Shown piece by piece: positions 10,744 through 19,806 of a DNA stretch of 64,000 nt. Below the pieces are notes generated by a model. That model was not told where the DNA came from. It was given only the letters and a program-made list of their open reading frames with translations, and did no database searches. The translations under genes were made by a program, and so were the position numbers. Position 1 is the stretch's first letter. Each line of letters opens with the position of its first letter. Source of the stretch: Candidatus Borrarchaeum weybense (GTDB lineage: Archaea; Asgardarchaeota; Sifarchaeia; Borrarchaeales; Borrarchaeaceae); the NCBI GenBank assembly GCA_019057385.1, contig JAHQJS010000004.1, forward strand, positions 64,001 through 128,000. Reading direction: 5' to 3'.

Positions 10744-10850
10744 ATTTAATCTCCTTTTTTGTAGAATTATATAACCTTCGTTAGTCTTGGCGGATTAAGT
10801 GCTATGATAATGAAGTACGAGTTTTTTAAATTTTTTCAGTTTGTCTCTTT

Positions 10851-12503
10851 TCACTCAACAAAGTAAATTAGAGTTCTTGGATTTTCAACTTTGTAAACTA
10901 ACTTAAAGTTTTCAGGGATGTCCATTTCAAAGTATAACTCTGGAAGGTATTCTCTTGAATCTGATTCCATTGAGTCTAATACAATGTAACTGACATTTGA
11001 TTTCAAAATCGCATTTTCCAAAGTTTGATTTAAATGAAATTTTGGAAATCCTAAAACCTCCAATCTAGAGAAATGATAAAACACTAATGGCTTTCGCGCT
11101 ATTACAACCGCTTCAGAGAGCGCATTATCTTTTAGCCACTCTGCAGCTTTTACATATTCTTCTGTTGCAGGAGAGGGTATAACTCCAAATTCGATTAACT
11201 GAGTTTCAATATTCGAATTGATATTTGTCAAAGGTTCTGATATGTTTAGGGAAAAAGTAGGATTAACAGCAATTAATGAAGAGAGCAAAAGAATACTGTA
11301 AATATTTATGGTAACAATAATGGTTAAAGAAAGTCCCCCTAGAATTCTTGAAAACTTAATTCTCTTTAAAACTAGGAAATCCCAATTTCTTTGTGAATTA
11401 TAAATTCTCGCTATTGATATAGCTGCAAATACTGAAATCAGCGGAATAAGTGGGATAAGATATCTCGGCAATCGCGAAGGAAACCATGCATAAAAGAAAA
11501 GATGCAAGATGAAATACAAGTAAATAAGAGAACTTTTTTCCTTTATACCTAAGAAATAGACACCAGGAATTGCAAAAATCAAGATCGTAATGGGTACTGC
11601 AAAGACAGCTACAACAGAGTAAAAAATCAAGCCCTCAAAAGGTCTTGAAAGAATTTCAAGAGCAGAATGTGTTTGAAAATACTCAAGCATATTAACGTCT
11701 GAATATTGATTTGATACACCACTTGACACTGGATCTCTCCATAATTCAAGAAAACCAAAACCCATAGGTGTACCAAACACAATGGTATTTCGCAAGAACC
11801 ATGGAAAGGTAATAATTAAAAAACCTATAATAACCCAAATAAAAGCGATAAGTAAGTCTCTGGTATATTTTCTTTTTATTATATTGAAAATTAGTATGAG
11901 ACTGTAGGCAAACAGTATTAAGATGCCTGCGTATCGACTTAGGTAAGCCAAACCTATAAACATCCCTCCTAAAAATTGATTTTGGATTTCCTTTTTGAAT
12001 AACAAGAAGTAAAACGCACATAATGTAAAAAATACGAAAATGGTTTCAGTCATTGGAATTCCAGAAAACAACCAAAGTACAGGATTTACTGCAACAAATA
12101 ATGCTGCGATGAGTCCTGAACGGTCATTGGACAATTTCTTGCCAATAAGGTAAACTGGAATCACTGTAAGACTACTTATTATTATCGAAGGAACAATTGC
12201 ACTTTGATAAGTGACTCCTCCAAGTAAATAAGCCCCGCCGATAATTAATGGGTAAATTGGCGGGACTTTTTCTTCTGGATGATCGAATAATGTATAGCCT
12301 AATCCATGGGAAAGATTTTCACCTAGTATCAGAATACGAATTACATCAGGGATAACTAACCCTACTAAAGGGTTCATTCCTAAACACAATATTCGTAAAA
12401 CCAATGCTAAGACAAAAATAATAAGTAAAATCTGAGTATTTCGTTCAAGGAATACTCTCTGAAGTATATCTTTGGTTTTCCTTATAACGGGAGCATACAC
12501 CAT
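10851..12503 (-). CDS. GT-C membrane glycosyltransferase (PMT/ArnT-like)
   Basis: Multi-TM; PPIYP, PWFLRN..FG.P, PRYLIP motifs. Confidence 0.8.
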   Translation of the reverse strand: MVYAPVIRKTKDILQRVFLERNTQILLIIFVLALVLRILCLGMNPLVGLVIPDVIRILILGENLSHGLGYTLFDHPEEKVPPIYPLIIGGAYLLGGVTYQSAIVPSIIISSLTVIPVYLIGKKLSNDRSGLIAALFVAVNPVLWLFSGIPMTETIFVFFTLCAFYFLLFKKEIQNQFLGGMFIGLAYLSRYAGILILFAYSLILIFNIIKRKYTRDLLIAFIWVIIGFLIITFPWFLRNTIVFGTPMGFGFLELWRDPVSSGVSNQYSDVNMLEYFQTHSALEILSRPFEGLIFYSVVAVFAVPITILIFAIPGVYFLGIKEKSSLIYLYFILHLFFYAWFPSRLPRYLIPLIPLISVFAAISIARIYNSQRNWDFLVLKRIKFSRILGGLSLTIIVTINIYSILLLSSLIAVNPTFSLNISEPLTNINSNIETQLIEFGVIPSPATEEYVKAAEWLKDNALSEAVVIARKPLVFYHFSRLEVLGFPKFHLNQTLENAILKSNVSYIVLDSMESDSREYLPELYFEMDIPENFKLVYKVENPRTLIYFVE

Positions 12504-12664
12504 ATCATCACTATCTGTTGCCCATGAGATTTGACAAATAGCTTTAAGTGATTTTCGTATAAAACGTATCTAAATACTAACTGAAGTGAAATAATAGATC
12601 TCCTATTGGAAAATACGCTAACTTCCTACGGTTGTATATATCACAATATACAGAGGTTAAGAAA

Positions 12665-13915
12665 GTGAACATCTGTTTCATCACGTATCGTTTTCCACCA
12701 GATGTCACAGGAGGAGGAGAAATTTCAAATTATATTCTTATAAAAAATCTGGCAAATTTGAACCATAAAATAGTTGTAATCACAAGAAAACTCGATAATT
12801 TGAAGCCTCTAAAACAAGAAGATGGTATAGAAGTACAGCGTATAATCCCCGCGCCTTTTCCAGCTACAGGGTATCCTCTTGAGCCGTACTCTTTACTACT
12901 GGCGAAGAGGATAATATCATGTATAAAGAATAAGGATGTAGAACTAATTCATGCTTTAGATTTTAGAACTACACCTGGAGCAATAATTGCGAGCAAAATA
13001 TTAAGAAAACCCATTTTAGTTACAATAAGAAATTATTGGCCGATCTGCCCACGCCTAACTATGTTTATACCAGATCAAGGAGAATGTGATGAATGTGCTC
13101 CCTCATCTATAATAAAATGCCTACATAAATGGAAAACTGGGCTTCATCATTACATCTTTATGGTTTTGAGACGAATATTTCTCAAAAAGGCTAACAAAAT
13201 AATCTGTGTGAGTAAATATGTGAGAAATATTCTTTTTAAGACATTAAAAATCAACAAGAGTAAATTAGTAACGCTTTATAACATACCTAAATATCATAAA
13301 TTTGAATCATCCAGTAAATCTCAAACAAACCTCAGACAAGAATATGGATTTTCGGAAGAAGATTTCATTGTAGGATATGTAGGTCGAATTACTTTCGAAA
13401 AAGGAATCGAGTATCTCATCAAAGCATTCGCTGATATTGTAAAGATAACGGATCAAATAAAACTTGTGATCGCTGGAGATGGGAATAAAAAAACCGAACT
13501 ACAAGAACTTATGCAAGAATTAAAACTGAATAAATATGTTACTTTCACTGGATTTATCGCGCATGAAGATATCCCTTCATTTTATGAACTTTGTGATGTT
13601 ATTGTACTTCCTTCCATATGGGCTGAACCATTAAGTCGCGTTTTATTAGAGACATTTCATTTTGGTAAACCAGTGATAGCAACAAAAACTGGTGGAACCC
13701 CCGAAATCATAAGAGATGGCGAAAATGGGCTATTAGTAGAGCCAAAAAACTCTGAACAACTAGTAGATAAGATTTTATTTCTCTATAAAAACCCTGACGT
13801 ACTTAAACGGATTCAGGAAAAAGCCAAAAATCATTCAATCAAAAATTTGAATTCAAAAATTATGACAAAGAAATTCGTTAACATGTATGAAACAGTTCTC
13901 AGTAAGCATAGTTGA
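12665..13915 (+). CDS. GT4 family glycosyltransferase (GTG start after GAGG; ORF track starts at 12632)
   Basis: FPP...GGGE, VGRITFEKG, PS.W.EP.SRVLLE....GKPVIAT.TGG. Confidence 0.9.
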   Translation: MNICFITYRFPPDVTGGGEISNYILIKNLANLNHKIVVITRKLDNLKPLKQEDGIEVQRIIPAPFPATGYPLEPYSLLLAKRIISCIKNKDVELIHALDFRTTPGAIIASKILRKPILVTIRNYWPICPRLTMFIPDQGECDECAPSSIIKCLHKWKTGLHHYIFMVLRRIFLKKANKIICVSKYVRNILFKTLKINKSKLVTLYNIPKYHKFESSSKSQTNLRQEYGFSEEDFIVGYVGRITFEKGIEYLIKAFADIVKITDQIKLVIAGDGNKKTELQELMQELKLNKYVTFTGFIAHEDIPSFYELCDVIVLPSIWAEPLSRVLLETFHFGKPVIATKTGGTPEIIRDGENGLLVEPKNSEQLVDKILFLYKNPDVLKRIQEKAKNHSIKNLNSKIMTKKFVNMYETVLSKHS

Positions 13916-13953
13916 TTATTTTCTATGCTTCTGCAGAATATACCATAAAATTG

Positions 13954-14151
13954 TCAGACTTCGACAATTTCACAACGCACACGCTTGAGAATCTCTTCCG
14001 CTACTTCTGGCGCTGCTTTCATAACATAAAGATACTTTGGTGTACGAATTTTTATCTTGACAATGTCTTTTAGTCTCTTAATACGTGCTTCAATGGCATT
14101 TTCGGAAAGTTTTAAGATTTCATCTGGGTCGGTAATTTGTTTTGGCAACAT
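13954..14151 (-). CDS. rpl38e: Ribosomal protein eL38
   Basis: PKQI.D...RIKR....VKIKIRT.KYLY pattern. Confidence 0.88.
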   Translation of the reverse strand: MLPKQITDPDEILKLSENAIEARIKRLKDIVKIKIRTPKYLYVMKAAPEVAEEILKRVRCEIVEV

Positions 14152-14182
14152 TATCTCCTCTTGATTTCTTTATGTCCTTATT

Positions 14183-14320
14183 TGGTGGGCGGGATGAGAT
14201 TTTCAGAAAGAGCAATAATCTCTCTTTTCCTTTGAACTCACGACTTCCAGATCCATACATCAAGTGTATGAATACTCCGCCGCGTGAGGGCGGCGTCATA
14301 GCCAGCTAGACCACCCGCCC
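14183..14320 (-). tRNA. tRNA-Val(CAC) with two non-canonical introns: 14245-14274 (about 45/46, variable loop) and 14200-14230 (59/60, T loop); CCA encoded
   Basis: Spliced 77-nt cloverleaf GGGCGGG...CCGCC-CTCACGC-GGCGG-AGGTC-GTGAG-TTCAAAT-CTCAT-CCCGCCC-ACCA; the T-loop intron has a TTCA/TGAA central helix with 3-nt bulges. Confidence 0.9.
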
Positions 14321-14336
14321 AAAGAATTATTGAATC

Positions 14337-14498
14337 TTATCCGGTTAATTCACGTTTTTTCCATCTAAGGTCCTTTGAACGACATCGCCGACATTTCTTT
14401 GCGCCAATAGGGTTTCTTGCATAGCATTTTCTACAAATCATGTGGTAAAGTAAGTGCTTCCTTGCGATTTCTCTCAGTTCTGGATCAGCTACCGGCAT
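14337..14498 (-). CDS. rpl40e: Ribosomal protein eL40 (53 aa; absent from the ORF track)
   Basis: Manual translation MPVADPELREIARKHLLYHMICRKCYARNPIGAKKCRRCRSKDLRWKKRELTG; GGAG upstream. Confidence 0.95.
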   Translation of the reverse strand: MPVADPELREIARKHLLYHMICRKCYARNPIGAKKCRRCRSKDLRWKKRELTG

Positions 14499-14633
14499 TC
14501 ATTTGTCTCCTTTTCAATAAATTTCAAGTTTATAATTTTTTATGACACAATGCTGTCAAGTTTAGACTTTCATAGCTTTATAATCCTTTCGTTGAAGAAG
14601 TAAAGTCAAAATTTGAACCACAAAGAAGTTGTA

Positions 14634-15026
14634 TTATTCTTTAGGTTCTTTAAATTTAATGGATTCAGCGATTGAATCTATTTTCTCTTCCATAATTGCT
14701 AAATGGCGTACGATTTCGGTGATGTCCCTATCTGTGTTTACTCTTGAGAGATATAGTTCATATGAAGTGAAAAACAAAATTATAACACCTAAAATAAGAG
14801 CTGCATTTAAAGGCAACTCGGTCATAAATATAACACTTAAAAACTCAAACATAAGTGGTTCAAATGAAATGAGGATCATGGAAGCTAAAAGCAAAATCCA
14901 TATAAAGATCCAAAACAGCATTCCTCCAAGTCCAATTCTCTTACGATAAAACTGCCGCAATGTATGTATCACTAAAATGATCGCTGTTATTGCTGCAATT
15001 ATTTGAATACTACGAAAAACAACCAT
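14634..15026 (-). CDS. DUF2304-like membrane protein (GT2-associated)
   Basis: 3 TM segments followed by a Y....R....ITEIVR.LA coiled tail; adjacent to a DPM-synthase-like GT2. Confidence 0.75.
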   Translation of the reverse strand: MVVFRSIQIIAAITAIILVIHTLRQFYRKRIGLGGMLFWIFIWILLLASMILISFEPLMFEFLSVIFMTELPLNAALILGVIILFFTSYELYLSRVNTDRDITEIVRHLAIMEEKIDSIAESIKFKEPKE

Positions 15027-15105
15027 TTAGCAACACCTAAGTTTTATCATGTTCGTTGATGGTTTTCTTAAAAATCTTTTATTAAAAATTCGGTTTAAAA
15101 TTTAG

Positions 15106-15813
15106 TTGGTATTTATGATCCCAAATCCCAATTCTAAATCTTCTCTTTCAATTGTTATTCCAGCGTTCAATGAAGAACAATCCCTTAGAGAAGTACTTGA
15201 TGCGATTTCAGTCGATATTCAACATGAGGTCATAGTTGTAGATGATGGATCCACTGATAATACATTTTCAGTAGCAAAAGAGTATCCTTATGTTAGGTCT
15301 GTACATCATATCCTTAACCGAGGCTATGGCGCTGCTGTTATCACCGGTTTTAGAATTGCGAAAGGTGATATCATCGTTACTATTGATGCTGACGCACAAA
15401 ATGATCCTAAAGAAATCCCTGAAATTATAAAACCAATTATATTGGGTGAAACTGATGTAGTTATAGGTTCTAGATATCTTAATGAATCTAATGATCTTAA
15501 TATCTCTCTAATTAAACGAATTGGAGAAAAATTCATTACTTTTGTACTGAGAAAAAAGTATGGACATAAGATTACTAATTCTCAAAGTGGATTTAGAGCG
15601 TTACGGAAAAATGTGTTAAAAGAAATTTTACCATTAACAGAGGATCGTTTTGGCTTTAATACAGAGTTTTTAACTCGGGTTCTCGGTTCAGGGTTTAAGG
15701 TTTTAGAAGTTCCAAAAAAAGAAGTTGAACGAAAACATGGTAAATCTAAAATAAAAGTATTTAGAGACGGTCTTAGAATTGTATATGCCCTTATTAAGTC
15801 AATTCTTGAATAA
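15106..15813 (+). CDS. GT2 polyprenol-phosphate glycosyltransferase (DPM1-like)
   Basis: IVIPAFNEE, VVDDGSTD, IDADAQ, SQSGFRA, R.HG.SK. Confidence 0.9.
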   Translation: MVFMIPNPNSKSSLSIVIPAFNEEQSLREVLDAISVDIQHEVIVVDDGSTDNTFSVAKEYPYVRSVHHILNRGYGAAVITGFRIAKGDIIVTIDADAQNDPKEIPEIIKPIILGETDVVIGSRYLNESNDLNISLIKRIGEKFITFVLRKKYGHKITNSQSGFRALRKNVLKEILPLTEDRFGFNTEFLTRVLGSGFKVLEVPKKEVERKHGKSKIKVFRDGLRIVYALIKSILE

Positions 15814-15828
15814 AAGAGCTGAATACGC

Positions 15829-17127
15829 GTGAACTTTTTCAAATTTCGTTTTCAAATGAAATACACACTTCTAATTCTGATTCTAATTATTCTACTTGGT
15901 TTAATAATTCGTATGATAAATTTAACCGGTCCGCCTGTCTGGGATGAAGCATATTATATTGTACATTCAGAAGAAATAAAACTAAATCCTTTCAAACATC
16001 CCACTTGGGGAGGACATCCACCATTATACGCTTATCTGCTTTTTTGTGTTCATCTTATCTTTGGCTCGTCAATCATAGCTTATAGAATGTTATCAGTGAT
16101 TCTTGGGACCTTAACCATAATTTTAGTCTTTTATTTTGGAAAAATGCTTTATAATGAAACAATTGGCATATTTGCAGCCTTTATATTGAGTTTATTCCCG
16201 CCACATGTCATAATGAGTCGTCTCATAATGATGGATGTTGTCCTTGCTTTTTTTGGCACTTTAGCGCTATATGGCTATTATGCTGGCGAAATGAATAACT
16301 CTCGTAAATTAATGATTTTGGGGGCATTTTCAAGCATTTGTGCAATCTTGTCAAAGGAGCCAGGGATTTTAATCCCAATGATCTTTGTCATTTGGTGCCT
16401 CATTCAAAGAAGGTTTTCGTTCTACAATGCTCTAACGATTATCCCTCCCTATTTTGTATACGCCATTTGGAAGATTTGGGCGTTGTTAGCCGACTATCGC
16501 TATTCTGCTCACGGCGTGGATTATACAATATTAGATTTGATTACCCAACAGGCTCAATTCGAATCATTACCAATTAGCTATGTTAAAATATTCGGAGAAG
16601 ATTACCTTCTCTTATTTTTTATTATATTATTAATTGCAACATACGCGTTCCGTATCAGAATTCAAAACAGAACTACTTTCAATATTCTGCTTCCCATAAT
16701 CCTCATAGTACTTCTAGGGCTCCCACTTGGATTCTATTTGATACAAGAATTTGTTTCCATTCCTCCCACTACAAGTATTGTAGATCTCATTGCATTATCC
16801 TTGTGCATCTGTTTTTGGGGACTTTTTACTCTTTATAGTTTGCAAGAGAATGGCAACGAAAAATTTTTACTCATTTGGAGTCTTTTCTGGCCAATTGTGT
16901 TTATGCTAAATCCAAAAGTCAGTTGGCAATATCTACTTCCTATCTCTCCTGTCTTAGCTATTCTTATTGGTAAAGAATTGTTATTTTCTTTTACAAAAAA
17001 TTGGAGTTGGAAGTTATTTGGCGTTACAACTCTCTCTGGGAGCATCTATCTATATATTATGTATGCATTTACATCGTATCTTATATTTTCACAAAATGAT
17101 CTTTTGACGTTCCTTTTTGCATTCTAA
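15829..17127 (+). CDS. GT-C membrane glycosyltransferase (PMT/ArnT-like)
   Basis: WDEAYY, HPPLY, SR..MMD, SKE motifs; multi-TM. Confidence 0.82.
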   Translation: MNFFKFRFQMKYTLLILILIILLGLIIRMINLTGPPVWDEAYYIVHSEEIKLNPFKHPTWGGHPPLYAYLLFCVHLIFGSSIIAYRMLSVILGTLTIILVFYFGKMLYNETIGIFAAFILSLFPPHVIMSRLIMMDVVLAFFGTLALYGYYAGEMNNSRKLMILGAFSSICAILSKEPGILIPMIFVIWCLIQRRFSFYNALTIIPPYFVYAIWKIWALLADYRYSAHGVDYTILDLITQQAQFESLPISYVKIFGEDYLLLFFIILLIATYAFRIRIQNRTTFNILLPIILIVLLGLPLGFYLIQEFVSIPPTTSIVDLIALSLCICFWGLFTLYSLQENGNEKFLLIWSLFWPIVFMLNPKVSWQYLLPISPVLAILIGKELLFSFTKNWSWKLFGVTTLSGSIYLYIMYAFTSYLIFSQNDLLTFLFAF

Positions 17128-17176
17128 ATTTGACATCCTCTTTACTCTATAGGATCGGAGATCCACGGCTTTGCAA

Positions 17177-18952
17177 TCAGGTTAAATAGTCTTGTTTAAT
17201 TCTCTTTACGAAATTGTATATCAAATAACACATTGGAAGGCTGAAAATAATATAATAAAATACGGGAACCTGTAAAAAAGAATTATAGTAAAAGAAACCA
17301 GGGATATGAATGCCAATATATCTTAGTGCATCTAGAAAAGGCAAAATTCTCCCTCCCTTGTAAGCATAGTTGAATATATTAGCATATATGTTTGTTAAGA
17401 TAGCTCCTAATCCAGAAACAACTCCAAAGGCTAAACATAAGCCTCTTATTATTTCTAATACTTTTAGATTAACGGAATAATACCTTAGTACTATATAGGT
17501 CATTACTAAAAGAAGTGTAGTTATTGCCAAGTTGTGATTTATTTGATTAAGTTGTGTCCGGTTCATACTTGCTATTAGATCTATACTATCGTATGAGTGA
17601 AAGAGTACTTGTACTAACGTCTTCTCAACATATATCGCATATAAATTTCCACCTACAAGGCCTGCTATAATACCAAGATTTACTTTACGTGTCAATCCTT
17701 CTTTTAAGAGATTTTCAATAAATGCACCACTTGATAAACAAAGAAATGGTATCAATCCCATAAAATATCTAACATTAAAACAATATCCTAGTGGTGAGGA
17801 TGTTACAAGCGATCCCCATCTGTAAGATGATCCATAAAATAAAACAATAATTAAAAATGTGAGTATGAGCATTTTTGATTCTTGTGGTTTCTTTCTATAA
17901 AGATAAACAACACCTGGTAAAGAAAAAACCAAAAAAGGTGACGATTCAATTAAAGAAGAATGAAAAACATGACCCCACGGTGTATCTTTGTAAATATACA
18001 CGATTAACATATTCCATAGAGCGTATGGGAGGTTCTCTACTTCAAATAATGCTAAACTAGATTCATTAACTGGACGCGCAATTCCACTAAAACTATAGGG
18101 GGTTGTAAATGGATTGCCAAATGCCACATAATGATAAACAAAAACAGGAATGCTTGTAATACACGCTGTACTTAAAAATATCATAAGATTTCTAAAATTC
18201 CTTTTTTTTAAATTTTCAGGCATCAATGATATGTACACAGCTATGGGAATACCATAAAGCACTTCATCATACCGTACCATGAAAACAATTCCCAAACTCA
18301 TTGCAGAGATAAACAAATACCGTAATTTTTTGTTTTCTCTGAAGAGGAAGACGGAATATATCGAAAGGGTCACAAAGAATAAGGAAGTTGTGTGATTCCA
18401 TATCTTTACTGCATATTCGATCACAAAAGTTCCAAAAATAAATAATATTGACCCCACACTCGCGGTAAGTTCACTAAACATCTTTCCCAACTTAAAAACC
18501 AAAAAAGCAGTAAGTGCGAAGAAAAGTATGCTTGTAAATTTTATTCCTACTTTTCCTGACCCACCTAATGCTTTAAACAATAGATAAAATGGAACTGCAA
18601 TGAATTGATAGCCTGGTGCGCGTCCGCTGTAACATTGTTGATTATAACATACTGAGCCGAGAAAATATTCATGGGAACTAATCTTTCCTGATTCTGCGAC
18701 TAACATAATAAAAATATAATAGTCCGTATTATCCCAACTGAATTCATACGCCCCATCTGTAACAAATAGCAACCCTAAAATAAGTGAAATCGCAAAAAAA
18801 CTGATTGCCTTTTCATTAGAACTAGTTCTTTCCCAAATGATCTTCAAAATGGTATATATCTTATCTAGGTAATTTAATCTCTGTTTAAAAAACAGAGTAA
18901 GTGGTACCATCAATATTAGCAAAGCAAGGGTAATGTACAGAGGGATTAACAA
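17177..18952 (-). CDS. GT-C-like membrane glycosyltransferase
   Basis: Multi-TM; YSGRAPG, FGNPFTTPY, RYF motifs. Confidence 0.72.
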   Translation of the reverse strand: MLIPLYITLALLILMVPLTLFFKQRLNYLDKIYTILKIIWERTSSNEKAISFFAISLILGLLFVTDGAYEFSWDNTDYYIFIMLVAESGKISSHEYFLGSVCYNQQCYSGRAPGYQFIAVPFYLLFKALGGSGKVGIKFTSILFFALTAFLVFKLGKMFSELTASVGSILFIFGTFVIEYAVKIWNHTTSLFFVTLSIYSVFLFRENKKLRYLFISAMSLGIVFMVRYDEVLYGIPIAVYISLMPENLKKRNFRNLMIFLSTACITSIPVFVYHYVAFGNPFTTPYSFSGIARPVNESSLALFEVENLPYALWNMLIVYIYKDTPWGHVFHSSLIESSPFLVFSLPGVVYLYRKKPQESKMLILTFLIIVLFYGSSYRWGSLVTSSPLGYCFNVRYFMGLIPFLCLSSGAFIENLLKEGLTRKVNLGIIAGLVGGNLYAIYVEKTLVQVLFHSYDSIDLIASMNRTQLNQINHNLAITTLLLVMTYIVLRYYSVNLKVLEIIRGLCLAFGVVSGLGAILTNIYANIFNYAYKGGRILPFLDALRYIGIHIPGFFYYNSFLQVPVFYYIIFSLPMCYLIYNFVKRIKQDYLT

Positions 18953-19060
18953 ATCAATAAAGCCTCCATTAGGGCATCAAAATTCACTGTTTCCATTATA
19001 AATATTTGTGATAGTTGTTACAATTCATTTCTGCAACAAATCTGTTTATAATGATACTCA

Positions 19061-19238
19061 ATCTCTTAGGAGAAAATACGCTAGCACTCTACCAAACAGA
19101 GATTTAAAAATTAAACATCTGTTTTATTAATATCGCTTTCCTCTAGATGTTACGGCAGGAGGAGTACTTTCAGACTATGTCTTTATAAAAAGACCTGCAA
19201 ATTTGAACCACGAAGTAATTGTACTTAAAAAATTGTAA
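19061..19238 (+). pseudogene. Degenerate copy of the upstream region and first ~40 codons of the GT4 gene at 12665
   Basis: Reads NICFI-(1-nt deletion)-YRFPLDVTAGGVLSDYVFIKRPANLNHEVIVLKKL* versus NICFITYRFPPDVTGGGEISNYILIKNLANLNHKIVVITRKL; upstream GAAAATACGCTA is shared. Confidence 0.85.
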
Positions 19239-19289
19239 GTAGTAAATAACTGATTTTCAGTCCCAGGCGCATATCGACGATTTTATGTT

Positions 19290-19806
19290 TCATTCCATAA
19301 TAGTTTCAAGGATAACATGGGCAGAAGTCTTTTTAACTCCTGAAATTGCTGCAAGGTCTTTTAGAAAAGAGTCTAACTTAGCACGTCCAACCTGTGCAAT
19401 CAAATCTAGTTCTGATCCAGTCACCCGAAATAACCGTTGTGCTCTTAACGCCTTAATTTGGTCGTATGCTTCTTTTCGTCGTTCAGGATCGATCTGTATA
19501 AACACGAATGCTTCAGTTACAGATTCGCCAAGGGCTTCCATGGCTTTGTTTGTGAGGTCTATAAAGCCTCTACCAGTGCGGATAAAATCTATGTCTCTTA
19601 GCTTTCTTAGGTGGTTGGATAGGGCCTGACGGGTTATACTTAATTCATCACTCAGTTCATTTTGAGTTAAGACAATGGTGTGAACCTTTACGCTTTTTCA
19701 GGCACCTTAGAGCGGGAAGATCAACTCAAGTGGTGATTCCTGCAGCGTAAAGTTTTTTCAAGATCTGTAATTGTCTATCTGTAATTTTAACAACATTGCT
19801 GGCCAT
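19290..19806 (-). CDS. Lrp/AsnC-type HTH transcription regulator, two exons (19806-19737 and 19696-19290), 158 aa after splicing
   Basis: GGAGG precedes ATG 19806; spliced product MASNVVKITDRQLQILKKLYAAGKSVKVHTIVLTQNELSDELSITRQALSNHLRKLRDIDFIRTGRGFIDLT... followed by an AsnC-type C-terminal domain. Confidence 0.85.
19697..19736 (-). other. 40-nt bulge-helix-bulge intron within mRNA
   Basis: CTTTACGCT-G-CAGG-AA|T-CACC...GGTG-CCTG-AA|A-A-AGCGTAAAG; contains an in-frame TGA; length is not a multiple of 3; removal restores the frame. Confidence 0.82.

Noticed and set aside
6150-14200. Integrated island between tRNA-Lys and tRNA-Val
   Set aside because: No integrase and no duplicated tRNA 3' end (att site) was seen
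19290-19541. 83-aa ORF as a stand-alone gene
   Set aside because: It is the C-terminal part of the spliced regulator; the HTH-coding frame extends upstream of that ATG
19726-19728. Selenocysteine or readthrough at the in-frame TGA of the Lrp gene
   Set aside because: Readthrough would not fix the frame; the downstream HTH is in another frame, and only removal of the 40 nt fixes both problems
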